From Podarcis erhardii (taxonomy: Eukaryota): DNA of 64,000 nucleotides. This document shows positions 1 through 13,399 of the stretch, in pieces. The stretch lies in the NCBI GenBank assembly GCA_964252035.1, contig CAXUOO010000125.1, one strand, 5' to 3'. A program made the position numbers and the translations under genes. A model generated the notes under the pieces. That model was not told the DNA's origin. It saw only the letters and a list, made by a program, of their open reading frames with translations, and ran no database searches. Numbering within the stretch: position 1 is the stretch's first letter; the number at the start of each line of letters is the position of its first letter.

Positions 1-111
1 TTCTATTTAGAGCTGTTCTACGCTGAGAACTTGCCGGTTGCATGCTCCTGCATGCAAAAGCCACTGCTACACTCCTCTACTAATCATTTTGCTTTTCTTG
101 CCTGTTTTTAG

Positions 112-434
112 CGCTCCCTATCGTATGACTTATGCTGAGGAAATTGCAGAAATGCATGCGTCAAAGCGACAGCTTGAACCACTGGAGCAGCTCTTGCGCA
201 AAGTAGGTGAAGGCTTTTTCTTTCCTTTCTTCAACTCTTTTCCATACACTCAAATGCCTACATATGTGGAGATGAATAGAAGCATAACAGAAACTCTGGA
301 AACTTCGCCTGTCTTCTTTGGCTTTCTCTCATTGATATCCTCGTATTCACGGTCTTATCTTTTCTACTTCTGCCACCTCAAATCTAAATTCATCTACACA
401 CGCACGCCTACAAAAAACATATATACACATATTC

Positions 435-465
<31 letters not shown>

Positions 466-2880
466 TATATGTATATATGTGTATATGTTTGTATGGAGTC
501 TTTTTCGTCTCTCTTTTTTCTTTTCTTCTTTTGCCTCATCAGTAGTGATGCTTCGACGTAGCCAATACGCGGCTGTTTCACAAGTGAGGTTATGTCTTAG
601 TGAATTTACTTAGTGAATTTACTTTCCTTTTTTCATACATTCAGTATATAAGTACACAGCTGTTGATGCAGCGGCTGCAATGGTTATTAGCAAAGTTTTG
701 ATGTATTTTCTACTACTACTGCTGTAGCGATAATAGTAGTAGTGTAGTGACAGAGAAATAGAAGGATATTCGCAGAGTTATTGCCAAAAATCATGGTGAA
801 AGCAGTAGAAATAGTCGCTTAGTGGTTGAGTACTGGTGTTGCTACCGCTTCAAATTTGGGTCCGTTTTTGTATTGGTTTTATCGCTGGTGCTGCTATATA
901 GTAGCACTAGTGTTTTATAGGTGCTTCTGCAGCTGCAGTTGCTGCTGAACTGATGACCACTGCTGCCTTTCTTCAAACGAAAAATTAGGGGCTGAAGCAC
1001 AGTAGAAGAAGGGCTGGTGTGTGTTAGAACTGTTTCCTGTATGTCTGTCTGTGTGTTTCAGTGCTGCATTTCTCAAGGCATGTATTGTTCTTCAACTTTT
1101 TCTGTTTGGGGCCAATTCCTTCTTTCAATCGGCGACTTCTCAGGAGCTTTGCATGCGCTGCAAAGAGCTGTCCTTCTTTCTCCTGCGTAAGTTATTCACC
1201 TCAAAATTCACCAGTTTTGAGTCTTTCCTTTTCGCATCTTAAAAAGCTGTTTTACGCTTTCTTCGAATCAAACGTACTCATCTTTCTCTCTCTCACATAA
1301 TTTCTCTACTAGTGGATTTGTGCATATCATCCAGCTACTTCTGATTAATTGTAAATACGATGAACTTCACAGTGTTGCTGGAGACAGCTTTGTGCATATT
1401 TTTGTTCCTGATATTTGTTTTGCTGTGCATGCATATCTCATGTTCCGTTCTTCTTCAGTTCTTCCTCTGTTCAGTGGCTTCTTCCTTTCACGCTCTCTGT
1501 TCAGTCTAAATTCTTTTTCCGTACAATTCTCAGCTACCTGTTCTTTTCTATTGCGTGTGTTCAGCATAAAATTCATACATCTCGACAAATCTGCTACAAT
1601 TCGTATCTTGTCTCATAGTTACTCTTTTGTGATGTTTAACTTTCTATATTTCCAAACCCCACCTAAAACCAACTTACATATGCATCTGTAAACATAAGAA
1701 TATGATTCTACTCATATAGATGTAATCACATATATATATATAATATATATATAACATATATATATATATATATTCTACAAATATGTATAAGACTGTGCGT
1801 ATATGTAGGCATCACGCACTGTGTGTTCATTCATTCTGTTTACTTTACTGTCTCTCTCCATCATGTCCTCTTTTCTCCCTTTCTTTGTTCCTCTTCTTTG
1901 CCTCGTCAAGGGCGCGAAACTGACAACGAATTTCACATATTTCTAAGTATAAGGACAAAAGCAGTCACATATATATATATATATATATATGTGTGCATGC
2001 ATATGTATGTGAACTCCACCTGACTTTTTCAACTTCTGTGTCTCTTAGCTTAGCTGTAGCTACACTACACACACATAGAAGCAGCGAAACAGGATGCGAC
2101 TATATTCATATATATATATATATATATGTATATGTGTATATTTGTATGTCTGTGCTTTTACATAGTGGCATGCATTTGAATGTCTTTGTGTGGAATTCCT
2201 TGTTTTTTTCTTGCTGCAGTAATAAAGTAGCTTGGCTTTCTTTGGGTGAAACTTTTGCTGAAAGGGGAAATCTAGTCGCAGCAATGAAGTGCTTCAATAG
2301 TGCGGCAGCAGCAGCTCCCTCAGACGCTCGTTGTTGGAAGGCATTGGGGTGTATGTACACTCTTCTTCACAATCATTCTGCGGCCCTTCACTTCTTCCGT
2401 AAAGCATGTAAACTCAGGTAAATAGCTGCTATGNNNNNNNNNNNNNNNNNNNNNNNNNNNNNNNNNNNNNNNNNNNNNNNNNNNNNNNNNNNNNNNNNNN
2501 NNNNNNNNNNNNNNNNNNNNNNNNNNNNNNNNNNNNNNNNNNNNNNNNNNNNNNNNNNNNNNNNNNNNNNNNNNNNNNNNNNNNNNNNNNNNNATATGCA
2601 TTTATTGGGTAGTTTTGCAGTGAAGGTAATAATGCAGGGCTGCATTGGAGCACATATATCAACTGAATCATACATCCAATACATCCAATACCAGAGGGAG
2701 GTATTATGTATTTATGCGTTTATGTCTTTCTTGATCTAAATAACCAAGTATACATGTACATATGTTTGTATACTACTCCTTGAGTTGTGCTACACGTTCT
2801 GTTACACACATATACATAACGTGTGTACGTCTATATATATTTTTGTACTCGCAACAGCTATACTCCTATATAAATAAGAA

Positions 2881-2925
<45 letters not shown>

Positions 2926-3035
2926 TTTATTTGTATGTCGATTTTAGGCCGACTGAGGCAAGTTTATGGGGACATCTGGGCAATACGCTGTCAAAACTTG
3001 GACTAACCGATGAAGCATTTGACGCATTTCAGCAA
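112..3035 (+). CDS. Partial multi-exon tetratricopeptide-repeat (TPR) protein; start and end not resolved
   Basis: Exons 2220-2417 and 2948-3035 have AG/GT ends and join in phase (AG|G). They read NKVAWLSLGETFAERGNLVAAMKCFNSAAAAAPSDARCWKALGCMYTLLHNHSAALHFFRKACKLRPTEASLWGHLGNTLSKLGLTDEAFDAFQQ, nearly three consecutive 34-aa TPR units (W..LG, A..F, A...P pattern). Upstream candidate exons 112-206 and 543-583 join in phase with each other, but their link to the TPR exons is unproven. Confidence 0.75.
1020..1640 (-). pseudogene. Decayed K/E/R-rich, coiled-coil-like coding tract
   Basis: The minus strand is strongly purine-rich with peptide-like pieces (KEFRLNRERERKK, LREKDEYV, EKVEEQY), but every frame is interrupted by stops and no splice model was obtained. 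Confidence 0.25.
2434..2593. other. Assembly gap (N run)
   Basis: 160 N. Other gaps are at 16487-16624, 34396-34534 and 54700-54838. Confidence 1.
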
Positions 3036-3152
3036 GTAAGTTTTCTCCATTTGCGCAATACTCTTCTGCTCTTTTTTTTACTACCTTGTTCAGACCATCA
3101 AGGTTACGAATACACTCACATATATATACATATCTATCTATCTATCTATCTA

Positions 3153-3205
<53 letters not shown>

Positions 3206-3814
3206 TGTAAACCTACTGATTCGTAAGTATGTGCAGACAATTCTAATTACATATGAGCCTATGGAGAGAGAGAATGGAGACTTAACCGCTTAATAATGGT
3301 CAAACTCTAGTACGGTTGTATTCTGCTCATCTCAGTATACTGACCATTCCGATTCTAGAAGTCTACCTAAACATTTATACATATAAATATATATATATAT
3401 GTGGTTAGACACTTGTACAGACAATTTAGTGCTTGCATGCATATATATGCGTAGAGCGGGTGCTAAAGTTGTTTCTTGGGCATATTTTGCCGGTATGAAA
3501 ATCGCCTTTTTACAATTGACCGATTTCACATGTACAAGTATTGACCAAAGAAGATGTGCTTATTCGACCGTATGTTTATTATACACATACTCTACGGTCT
3601 ATGATGATAACAGAGCAAATAACTATAACAAAACAAACATGTATATACATATATGCTTCATTGCTGCTGTTGATGATGATACAGCGACATATGTATGATA
3701 TGTGCCGCTTTTCTCACTGGTGTAAATTCGTCTTTTCACGTAAACAAGTTTGAGCGTATTAACAAATATACCAATCCTCCTAATGGTGCTGGAGTTTTGC
3801 GGCAGTTCAATCAG

Positions 3815-3860
<46 letters not shown>

Positions 3861-4699
3861 GGTGATGCTTTTGTTTTTGCTGTTTTGCAAATTCAATACT
3901 TTGTTACTACTTTCCTTTTTTCTATGCATCGTTTACTTTCATATGTTTCATTAGGCTTATTGATCCACTTTCTACTATATATGTATATTTGTGGGTGCTG
4001 CTAAAACACAGTTTACTAGGTACGTACGTATGACATATATGTTACGCTGGCAACTATTGCTGCTGCTAATCGACATATATAGAAATCATATATATCACAT
4101 AATACATGTTGAATTAGCTCCAGCTTCTGCTATAGATCTTCCTAAACATATATATAAATTTATATATATATATATATATATATATATGCATATATATGTA
4201 TAGTGGGCTGATATGTTTATCTGGGTTTCTTGTAGTTGTTTACACGATATTGTATTCAAATTATATTTTGAAAAAGAGAGACAGCAAAAGGAAGTCTGTA
4301 TGTTATGGAATATGTTGACTTTTATATAGATATCCAGTGTGTGTTAAAAAGGTTTGTAAGCGTTGTTTTCATGACTTCATAAGTTCTTTTGTTCCTTGTC
4401 ATTATTGTAATAAGAGAGTCTGAAGAAAAGGTGTTTTTTACAGAAAAGTATTTGTTTTTTCTTAATCCATGCAAGCGGAGATTTCATGGCATAGAAATCT
4501 TTCTTTTTATACGAGGCTGCTGTAATTCAGAGATGTGCTGGTATACACGGATATGCACTGCTATAGTTGTATGTATTCCTATACAAGTAATACACATGTA
4601 TATACTGCTCAAAATGTATGGACAGGAATACATGTAAAAAAAACTGATAAGTGGTGTTTTTGTTTCGAGCGTGGCTGGTTTTTTTCTCTGCTACTGAAG

Positions 4700-5734
4700 A
4701 CACCGTTGATGATTTTTCTGCTGCTGCAGTTGCTTCCGCCTATTGCATGCGGTGCTGCTTAAATGTCATTTTGTCATGAAAACTCTTCTTCTGATTACGC
4801 ATCTGCTTACTCGAAAATGCTCATAGTTTTTAAGGTTTTTCTTCTGCATTTGTTCTTGATTTTTGGTCTTGATTCGTTAAAAAACCCTTCTGCTGAGTCG
4901 TCTATTGACCCTATAATTACTGCGTTAACTCCTGTGATTCTTCTAGCACTTTAATATTACAACTATGCATGTGTGCTAGTTCTTGTTAGTGCTGCTTGTT
5001 CAGTCTGCTTTTCTGTACATTTTCTTTGTCTACTGCGATTCAATGCTCATTCCTATTCGTCATTCTTCTTCTTGTTCGTCTTCTTCGTTTGCTTGCAGCT
5101 TGACTTCTTTTTTCCTTCCTTCTGCATATTCTCGATCTATTCCTCTTCATGTTTTATCCTTGTCCTTCTTAATGTGATCCACTCAAACCTTGAGAGTATG
5201 ATTCGTTTTTTCTCTCTTATTTCGCACCCCTCCTTCTTATCTTGCAGTTTTCTCATTCTACTACTCCCCTATTTTGTGCTAATTCTTCTATCTTTTCAAG
5301 TGCGCTCTTTGTCGTGTGGAAGAGAAAATCCTTCGTTTCTCTATGATTTCTATTTTTGTGATTTATATCTTATTTTTCCATGACTCCTCCTACGGCGCGT
5401 TGAGATCTTGCAGAAAATCGTTGTTCCTTTCCTTCTTCTTCTAAATTCGCAACTTTTCCTGTTCTTCTTTTACTGCTACTTTTTGGTCAATCTTCTTTTT
5501 CTTCTGCTTGGCTGCCTTATTTCTTTACGAGTCTTTCAAGTGATTTCCTGCAAATCAGCTACTGCGTGTGTGTGCCCCGTGTGTACGTACACTGCTCGTT
5601 GTGACTTTTCTCACGGGTGGAAATTTTGCACACACGAATTCGAACTTACGGGATTTTCTGGATTTTTCGACGTTTTCTGCACTTACCAAAAGAAGCTCTT
5701 CTTCTCCAATAGAATCGAAGTCAAATTAGCCCAT
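4700..5734 (-). pseudogene. Probable pseudogene: first exon with a stop at codon 3, canonical intron, then a decayed K/E-rich exon
   Basis: 5734-5687 reads ATG GGC TAA TTT GAC... = MG*FDFDSIGEEELLL, then a GTAAGT donor, a 139-nt intron (5686-5548) and a TTTGCAG acceptor. The downstream tract is charged and peptide-like (AAKQKKKKIDQKVAVKEEQEKLRI*KKKERNNDFLQDL) but has stops in all frames. Confidence 0.4.
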
Positions 5735-6117
5735 TAAGGCCTAAAAACTAAACGAAACTCAGCAACTGCTCCACCACCACTCCACGAATAAAACGCACTA
5801 ACACTTAGACACACATTTGAGAAATATATATATATATATATGTATAAACGATTACTGACGTAGATAGACATATATAAAGTATAAATATATATGTATATAT
5901 GTATGTATCGATGTGTTTGGTTTTTTGGGGGGGGCTATTTTTGCTGACTAGAGCGAACAGAATAGTCTTCTGTGGGGTGCTTGCTTGCTCTGTGTAGTGT
6001 GTTTTGGACTTCTATCGAATAGCTGTAGCTTTTGAAATAAAAAATCTAAACTCGCTGCTAAATATAACCATTAAAATAATCAAACACCTGCTTTTGTTTG
6101 CTGCTGTTCTTGTAGCA

Positions 6118-6175
6118 ATGGCGGCTTCGACCAGGCAGTTTGAGTCTAGCAGTGCAGCTCTTCAAGTGCTGTCAG
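6118..6175 (+). CDS. Candidate first coding exon of an unresolved hypothetical gene
   Basis: ATG GCG GCT start (MAASTRQFESSSAALQVLS) ending in a consensus G|GTAAGT donor. A possible in-phase next exon lies at 6369-6405 (EKPEWWCRSSKPK). No recognisable domain and the rest is not modelled. Confidence 0.35.
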
Positions 6176-8783
6176 GTAAGTTAAAGTATGCCTATTCAGT
6201 CACATTTAGTCATTAATTCAGAAGATGCATGCTGACTATACGCTTGTACGTCTAAAAGATTGTATGTATATGAAGCAAGCGAAAATGAGGCAACATTTAC
6301 ATATATATGTATATATCTATATATGTGTGTCCGTTCTATATATATTCTTGAATGTACTTGTGTTACAGAAAAGCCAGAGTGGTGGTGCCGCTCAAGCAAG
6401 CCAAAGTAAATTCGATTGTAATTTAGCAGCAAAAAGCAGCGAAAGCCTTTTTGATAGAAAAGAGAGTGAAATCTTTAACTACATGATGTTTTAACAGCTG
6501 GCGTTGTTGCTGATGATGCTGTAGCTGTCATGTGCTTTGACTCTAAAACAAAAGCGAGATCACTGTCTGGTCTCTGCTTCATACACTTCATGCGTATACT
6601 TGTGTATAATACTTCACACAGACAGACGAAGAAACACATGCATGCATGGAGATACGATACTTCACAAAATACAGACAAACCTACACACAAAATCTGGCAG
6701 TACAAACGCAGATATATTCATTGGTGCATCTGAAAGATGTGTTAGCGTCAGCTCAGTATTTGCTGCGCCTACAAGCCATTTTCTGGAATCGCTCAAACAT
6801 GCACTTGAAAAGTTGCCAATTTAGTAGTTGTTGTTGTTGTAGTAGTAGGCAATGCTGCTGCTATGGAAAAGCTGCTGTGTGGCAGCTGATATGTCTAACT
6901 CAGCATAAGGAAGTTGCGTTTGTACAGTTTTATAGCCGGGTTGGGGTAGTAGGAGTTGATATGGGTTGCTGCTTTTGCATACTTCATATTATTGCTGCTG
7001 AAACTGCTTCAGACGTAGGTGCTGCTCTGCAATGATGATGCAAATTGTCACTGCACCTATGTTGTTGTGCATCTACTGGTACGGCTGCTTTCACTACTGC
7101 TGCTGCTCTCTTTTCGCTGAGGATTTGGAACATCTTCATTCCCGTCAACAAATGCCTTTTTGTTTCAGAAACTCGTGCTTTGCTGCTCGAGCGCTTCTCC
7201 CACTGCTGTTTAGCTGTTTCAGCTGCTGTTGCGTTTCTGCTTCTCTGGTAATTGGAGTTCTTTTTTGGTTCTGCCGGGTGTATGTACACTGTCTTCCTTG
7301 CTTAGAAGAGAGATACAGAGGAAATGGAAAATTTTGAAGAAGGCGCCTACTGGGCACGCATATTGCTGGAAATGTGAGAAGAGTGACAGAGACACAACTG
7401 CAGTGGCAACGAATGTTGCACTGCTGTTGCGTCTGCTACGTCTTCGTCACTATTTTTTCAAACAGTAGTCGATCAATACAGACACATATACTAACGATAC
7501 GTCTTTCCAGACCGACACGACATAGCGTCTTTCCAGTACTTCATGCTGCAACTGAAATTGCCTCCACAACGAATAGACAGACATATAAGATGCGTAATAA
7601 AATGTAAACCATTTGCAGACATCTCGCGCTTCGTAACAACTCGTGCATGCATGCGGTGGTGCTGCAGAGGCAGTTGCAACAGCCCTGCGTAAAAAATAGT
7701 TTGCCTTTCAACTGCGTCAGTTTCCGTTGTTGCTGAGAGACTGTAGCCTGTCTAAAAGGACCAGTCAGAAGACTTCGTACGAGTGCCTGTACTACTTACT
7801 GGTCAGGCAGAAGTCTTGCTGCAGCCTTTGGTCTTTCTTTCTATCCATTAATGCTGCTCTGCTGTGGCACGTAATCTGTCCAGCATCACGCTTTTCTCTT
7901 ATCAAATTGCTGCTAAAGAATATTACCACAGTCACAAGCTGTAGCAGCGCAGCACAGCAATAGCTGCGTTATTAGTCGTGTGTGTGCCGTTGAGCCGGTA
8001 CTGAAAATGCTGGCAGTCATCAGGGGAACATGAGCAGCTTCAGAAAAGCAGCAACTAATAAGAAAAAAAGCTGCTGTAAGTGAGACACTTTCTTGCTGCT
8101 TTTCTCCTGCCTTTCACTTTGCCTTCTCATTTTTTTGCCCCGGCCAGTCTTCTTCGCGTAAAGCTCACCAGAAAAACTGCCACGGCTGCTTCTGCTGTGG
8201 CTGTTGTTGCTGATGCTTGGTGACTGGTGCTGGATTAGTATGGAAGGTGCTGCTGTTGCTATCCATTCCTGTGGCCGAGCCGACGATCTTCTTACTGTTG
8301 CTGGTGGATTTTGCTCGATTTGCTGCTGTGGCTAGTTTGAGACTCCTGGTTTCGCTGCTATGTGATGGCTAGTGGAGAGTTGGTGGCTGCTGCTTCTTCT
8401 TGAGCAACTGCCTCTGCTCTAGTTTTTGTGTGGTGGTGCTACTGCGTGGCAATGTTGCTTTTGGACTGACGACTGTTGGGCCAATGCTCTGACTGAAAGT
8501 CTGGCTTTTCAACAGTACTACAGCGGCTTTGGCTCTGCTATCAGTCCTGTGTGTGGGTTTCTTATGTTCGCTGCTGTTGTTTCCGGGACTGCTCTGACTG
8601 TTTTTCGTCAAAATTTCTGGCTGGCTAGTGGTGTGTCTGCTCTGGCTACTCTATACGGGGGCTGCTAGTACTACTACTACTACTGGTGTGGGATGCTGAT
8701 GGTTCTGCAGTTGTCTGCGAAAAGCATGCACACGAAACGGCGAACTAACTGCAGTCAAAGAACTGCTGAAACCATGGGACTTC

Positions 8784-9389
8784 TTGCCACGTTTAAGAGA
8801 AAACCACACCGACGTGACGCAAACACCATCTTACCAACACCAGACACACCAGTCGTACATACACCAGCAGCCACACGAGCAAATTACAAGGCAGCAACCA
8901 CCAGATCAGCACATACTGAATCCACAAAACGAACAACAATTCAGTCAGCAGTCGCCATCGTACCTATTCACAAAGCAGCAGCCACAAAGGCAGCTCACAC
9001 TAAGTCCACACAACCAACAACAGTCGCCACACGAGCAATCTACAGAGCAGCAGCCACACAAGCAGTCCACACAGCAGCAAACAAATAAAGAGCAACACAT
9101 ACTAAACTCACACAGTCAGCCACAGTCCACAAAGCAGCAGCAGCAGAGGATGGAGACGCTCAAGCAAAAAAAGGGGGAGACACAGAGGTGTGGAGATGGG
9201 GGGTGGCTGGGGAGGGGTGATGAGAGCAACGCACAGTTTTTTTTGGGGGGTGTGTGCAGTGACAGCGCATGCAGCAAGAGGAAGAGGGCCAGCAGCAGGT
9301 GCAGTAGAAAGAAGACGCGAATCAGCTCTAGCAGATTCAGCGAAAGGAGTGACGAGGAGGAGGGGGCTTGGCAACACGCCGCTGCAGAA
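8784..9389 (+). repeat. Q/H/P/T-rich degenerate repeat tract, possibly a low-complexity coding exon
   Basis: Imperfect recurring modules (gccacacgagcaa...cagcagccaca...cacatactaa) within a 271-aa open frame; no domain recognised. Confidence 0.35.
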
Positions 9390-11705
9390 GTTTCTGCTTG
9401 TTACTTATTCACTCCTCTTGTAAGGAGTTCGAATCTCCAACGTACAGCATTTTGGTCTGCTTGTGTTGTCTTCTGTGTCGGCGCCTTCTACGTTGAACAA
9501 TTCGCTTCTCTGCAGACACACTCTGTATGTATGATACAGATAAAAACGTACCCGCAGATTTCTCTGTGTGTTCTCACACGATACTCATCTACAATTTAAG
9601 TTGAATTTAGTGGAACGTCATGTACCACAAATTTTCTTTGATACTTAAATTTTCGAGAGTGAGAGCGAGCGAGCGGATCTCGTTGCATACGGCGCCAAGA
9701 ATTTCTCTTCTACGTGTCGGTATACACCTAAAACATAGACGCATATGTGTATTTAGCTTGGATTTCTCTGGATTTTTTGCCGCCTTCATCGTCTGCAGAG
9801 AGACAAGTACAGTGCACGTCTCTTGTGGACAAGCAGCAATGAAACGAAAGATCGACGGCTTTTTTGAACGCCCATTTGAATTTTCAGATACTTGTAGTGG
9901 AAACCTTGCTAATTCCTCGCCTCTGCCGCGCCACACATCTCTTAATTGTTGTCGAATCACGCTGTTGTCTAAAAAAGCTGGAGTTGCTGCTGCACCTCCA
10001 CACTCTCTGACCCCACATTATCCTGTCTCCGTTTTCTTCGACAAACAATCCTCTACTGCTATTATGTTGTTGTAAACAATAAATACGCTTGTTGCTGCTG
10101 CAGCGTCAAGTGCGACTGCTAAGGCGATGTCTGCGCCTTCTTCCAGACGTGGCCTTGGACGCCCTTGTATACCTTGCGACTTTTGCGGTTCATCAGGTAG
10201 AATACATATACATGTATACACATATATATATATTATATATATAATGTATATCTATATATATGAGTGGTATTGCACAGCAAGGAGTCGCTGTGTGTAAGGT
10301 GGAAAAACAGAATCACAGCTACTGTATTTACACGTCTGATACTAGGTTCTTTGAGTGTACAGTTGAATTCAAAGAGCCCCAAAACGTCTAGTATATGTGC
10401 GTGCGTCTTTTTCAAATAAAGCATTGCTTAGGCAGCTTCTCGCCAATTGCCTTCTGTGATCGCTCAACACACTGAAAAAACTGCAGTAGTGCAATCAATG
10501 CTGCTGCTATCAATGCATTCGGTTGTTGCTGGTGCTACGACTTGGGCAATTTTTGTACAGAAGTGCTGTGCTATGCTGAGCATGCAGTCGAGTTTTGTAT
10601 ACAAATGCTGCTGTTGCTGCTAGCTGTTCATTTGTGTTGACGCTGGTTTGGCTCTACTTTGCTGCTTGCTGCAGGACGACGCTTCAACGCTGCGACAGCT
10701 GCTGCATGTAGCTGATGAGCTGAAAGGTAGTTCGATTTCTTTGCATGCACAATCGCATAAATATACACCACACTTCCACTGCGACAACGCATGTCAGTAT
10801 GGAGCATATTATTAGCACAGTTGCTGTGATGACTTGTCTTTGCTGGTGCTGCTGCTGTCAGCCATCTTTGCATTTTCACTACAAATCTGCTGGTGTTTCA
10901 AGTAGGTGCCACCATTTGTGCTGGTGCTACTGCTGCAAGAGTTGCTTTTGCTACTGCTAGACAGCTGCAGCTGTGTAGAATCTACCCAGCACCCTTACGC
11001 TGCTGATACACAGATATACATATATATCTGTACAATTTCATGCATTTGGATATCTGAATCTGTCTATATATATATATATGTATGGATCACATTTTTCTTC
11101 CAAATGTGATCTATATTAACAAGTAATGGTAATTTATTTCCAAGCTGGGCGCATTTGCGTAGCAAGGTTTTTACAGCTTTTGAATAATAAAGACTGTGTA
11201 TTCTTTTGTCTATACACATGTGCACCATGAGCGGAAATCAATTGCGTCTTGCTGTTAAAAACCAGAAAAAGAGCAAGTGGAGCTACTCATCGGAAGCTAG
11301 GTCTACTATCACTGTGTCTGCCTGAATTCTCAACTCTTTATACGTATATGAACTTCGTATACATATTGACTTACAGAACTATATTTCTGATATTTTGATA
11401 CACATATATATGCATATGAACATATACAAACACTATCAGTGATAGGCTGTGCACGTCCTTCATATATATATGGTTGCTTATTATCATACATGTGCGTACA
11501 ATTTTCCATTGCGCCAAGCGTGTCGCATGCGGTTTCATTCACATATCTACGTTGTCAAAGGTTATGCTGATTGATCGATTCACTTATGCTTGCTGGTGCT
11601 GCAGGCGATTATGGCGACAAAATTCGCTCCATTATTCTCGAACACACTTACTACTAGAGCAAAAATATGTGAACTGGCTTGTACTCAATTGCATGTACAA
11701 CAACA

Positions 11706-11743
<38 letters not shown>

Positions 11744-11969
11744 TATATATATAGTTACAATTGCATTCATATGAATCTTATTCAATATTTTGCGGTATGT
11801 TCCCATGCATATGCTCATATGAACCGAGTGGGACCTCCTCCTGTTGAAAAGTGATCTCCTTGAAAAAAGGAGCCAATTCAGTTCTTATGGCTTCGTCATA
11901 TCAATTTCTATTTACAATCTGCTAAAGAGGAGTCAAAAAAATTTTTTGTACTGAAAATCAGATATTTAC

Positions 11970-12011
<42 letters not shown>

Positions 12012-13000
12012 TTTTCCTTTTGAAATTTTATTGTAGAATGCATCTATGATGGAGTGAATTTGTATATGCGTGTATATATATATATGTACGTTCACGTACG
12101 CATACGTCCATACGTCACAAAGAACCCGTATACCGATGCAGTTGCGAGCATTGAGTTTCATTCTTCCGTGTATTGTGAAGTGCTTATGAAGAGGTCCCAA
12201 ATGTATGAAATGTATTTACTTGTTACATTGTAAAGATGGAATACCATGAGCAGTTGAGGACGACTTATATATGTACAGTATATACTTTTGAGCGGCTACA
12301 AATTACGCTTCCCAAGTTTAAATGAATTTATATAAGACAGCTTTTAGTTGTATGCTCCTATCTTTTTTTCGCAACATCTAGACCTAGTCTGTCTCTAGCA
12401 CTGCAGATGATAAAGCCTCTCTTTTAAATTGCGCACGGTAGACGCATACATATATGTAATTTACAGCTACAGATATACCTGTATATGAAGAGATGGGTGT
12501 AGAAACGTGAACAGTTTACTTTACTATATCAATTCATCTGACTTACGTAAGGCGCATAGCCTGGACTGTGGCCTCTAGAGCGCCACATTAAACATTCATA
12601 TATTCATAAAAACATGCACACAGACATACAGAAGCGCATGTGTAATATATATATATATATATATATATACACCTAAACACATATATGAACCCGCGTGCGG
12701 ATTCATTACTTATTCATTGCTCACGTACGTGATACACTTCTTTGCTGCTTGTGTTTCATATAGATAAATTATATATACATCAAAAATACACAAATATGTG
12801 TGTATACATATATATGAATACATATATATATACACAAGTATATGTGTATGATTTTGATGTTCAATATACAGCACTGCCGTTAGAATCTTCCATATTGCAT
12901 ATGGCGCGATGAAAACCTCCGCATTTCTTTAGACATTTGAAAAATGAATGAACGCGTTTACAAACAGAAGAGCATATCCACAGGTGTCGTAGACGAATAC

Positions 13001-13059
<59 letters not shown>

Positions 13060-13399
13060 TCGAATTGGTAGCTTTACGCAAATGCAACCACGGACACTTA
13101 CATATAAATGTATATGTATGTATATATATATATATATAAGGTACACGCACATACGTTTCATGCGCTAGGAAGCACAGAAGATGAGTATGTGCGTATGTTA
13201 AAAAAAAATCAATTTTTACCTATATTTTTGTGTGGGCTTTGAATATTTAGACGTGCACTCTCATAAACGAGTACACATCCACCAAAACCCAGCACACAAG
13301 CAGAGGATCCAACATCTTACAGACGATTCTTCCCCACATGAACCTAGAATAAACAACTTTTCTTCCTATCACTTTCCTTCAGTGATACTATCATCACAT

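Noticed and set aside
12929-13168. Many ORFs containing YIYIYI or YIHIY runs
   Set aside because: These are translations of (TA)n microsatellites, which contain no stop codon in any frame.
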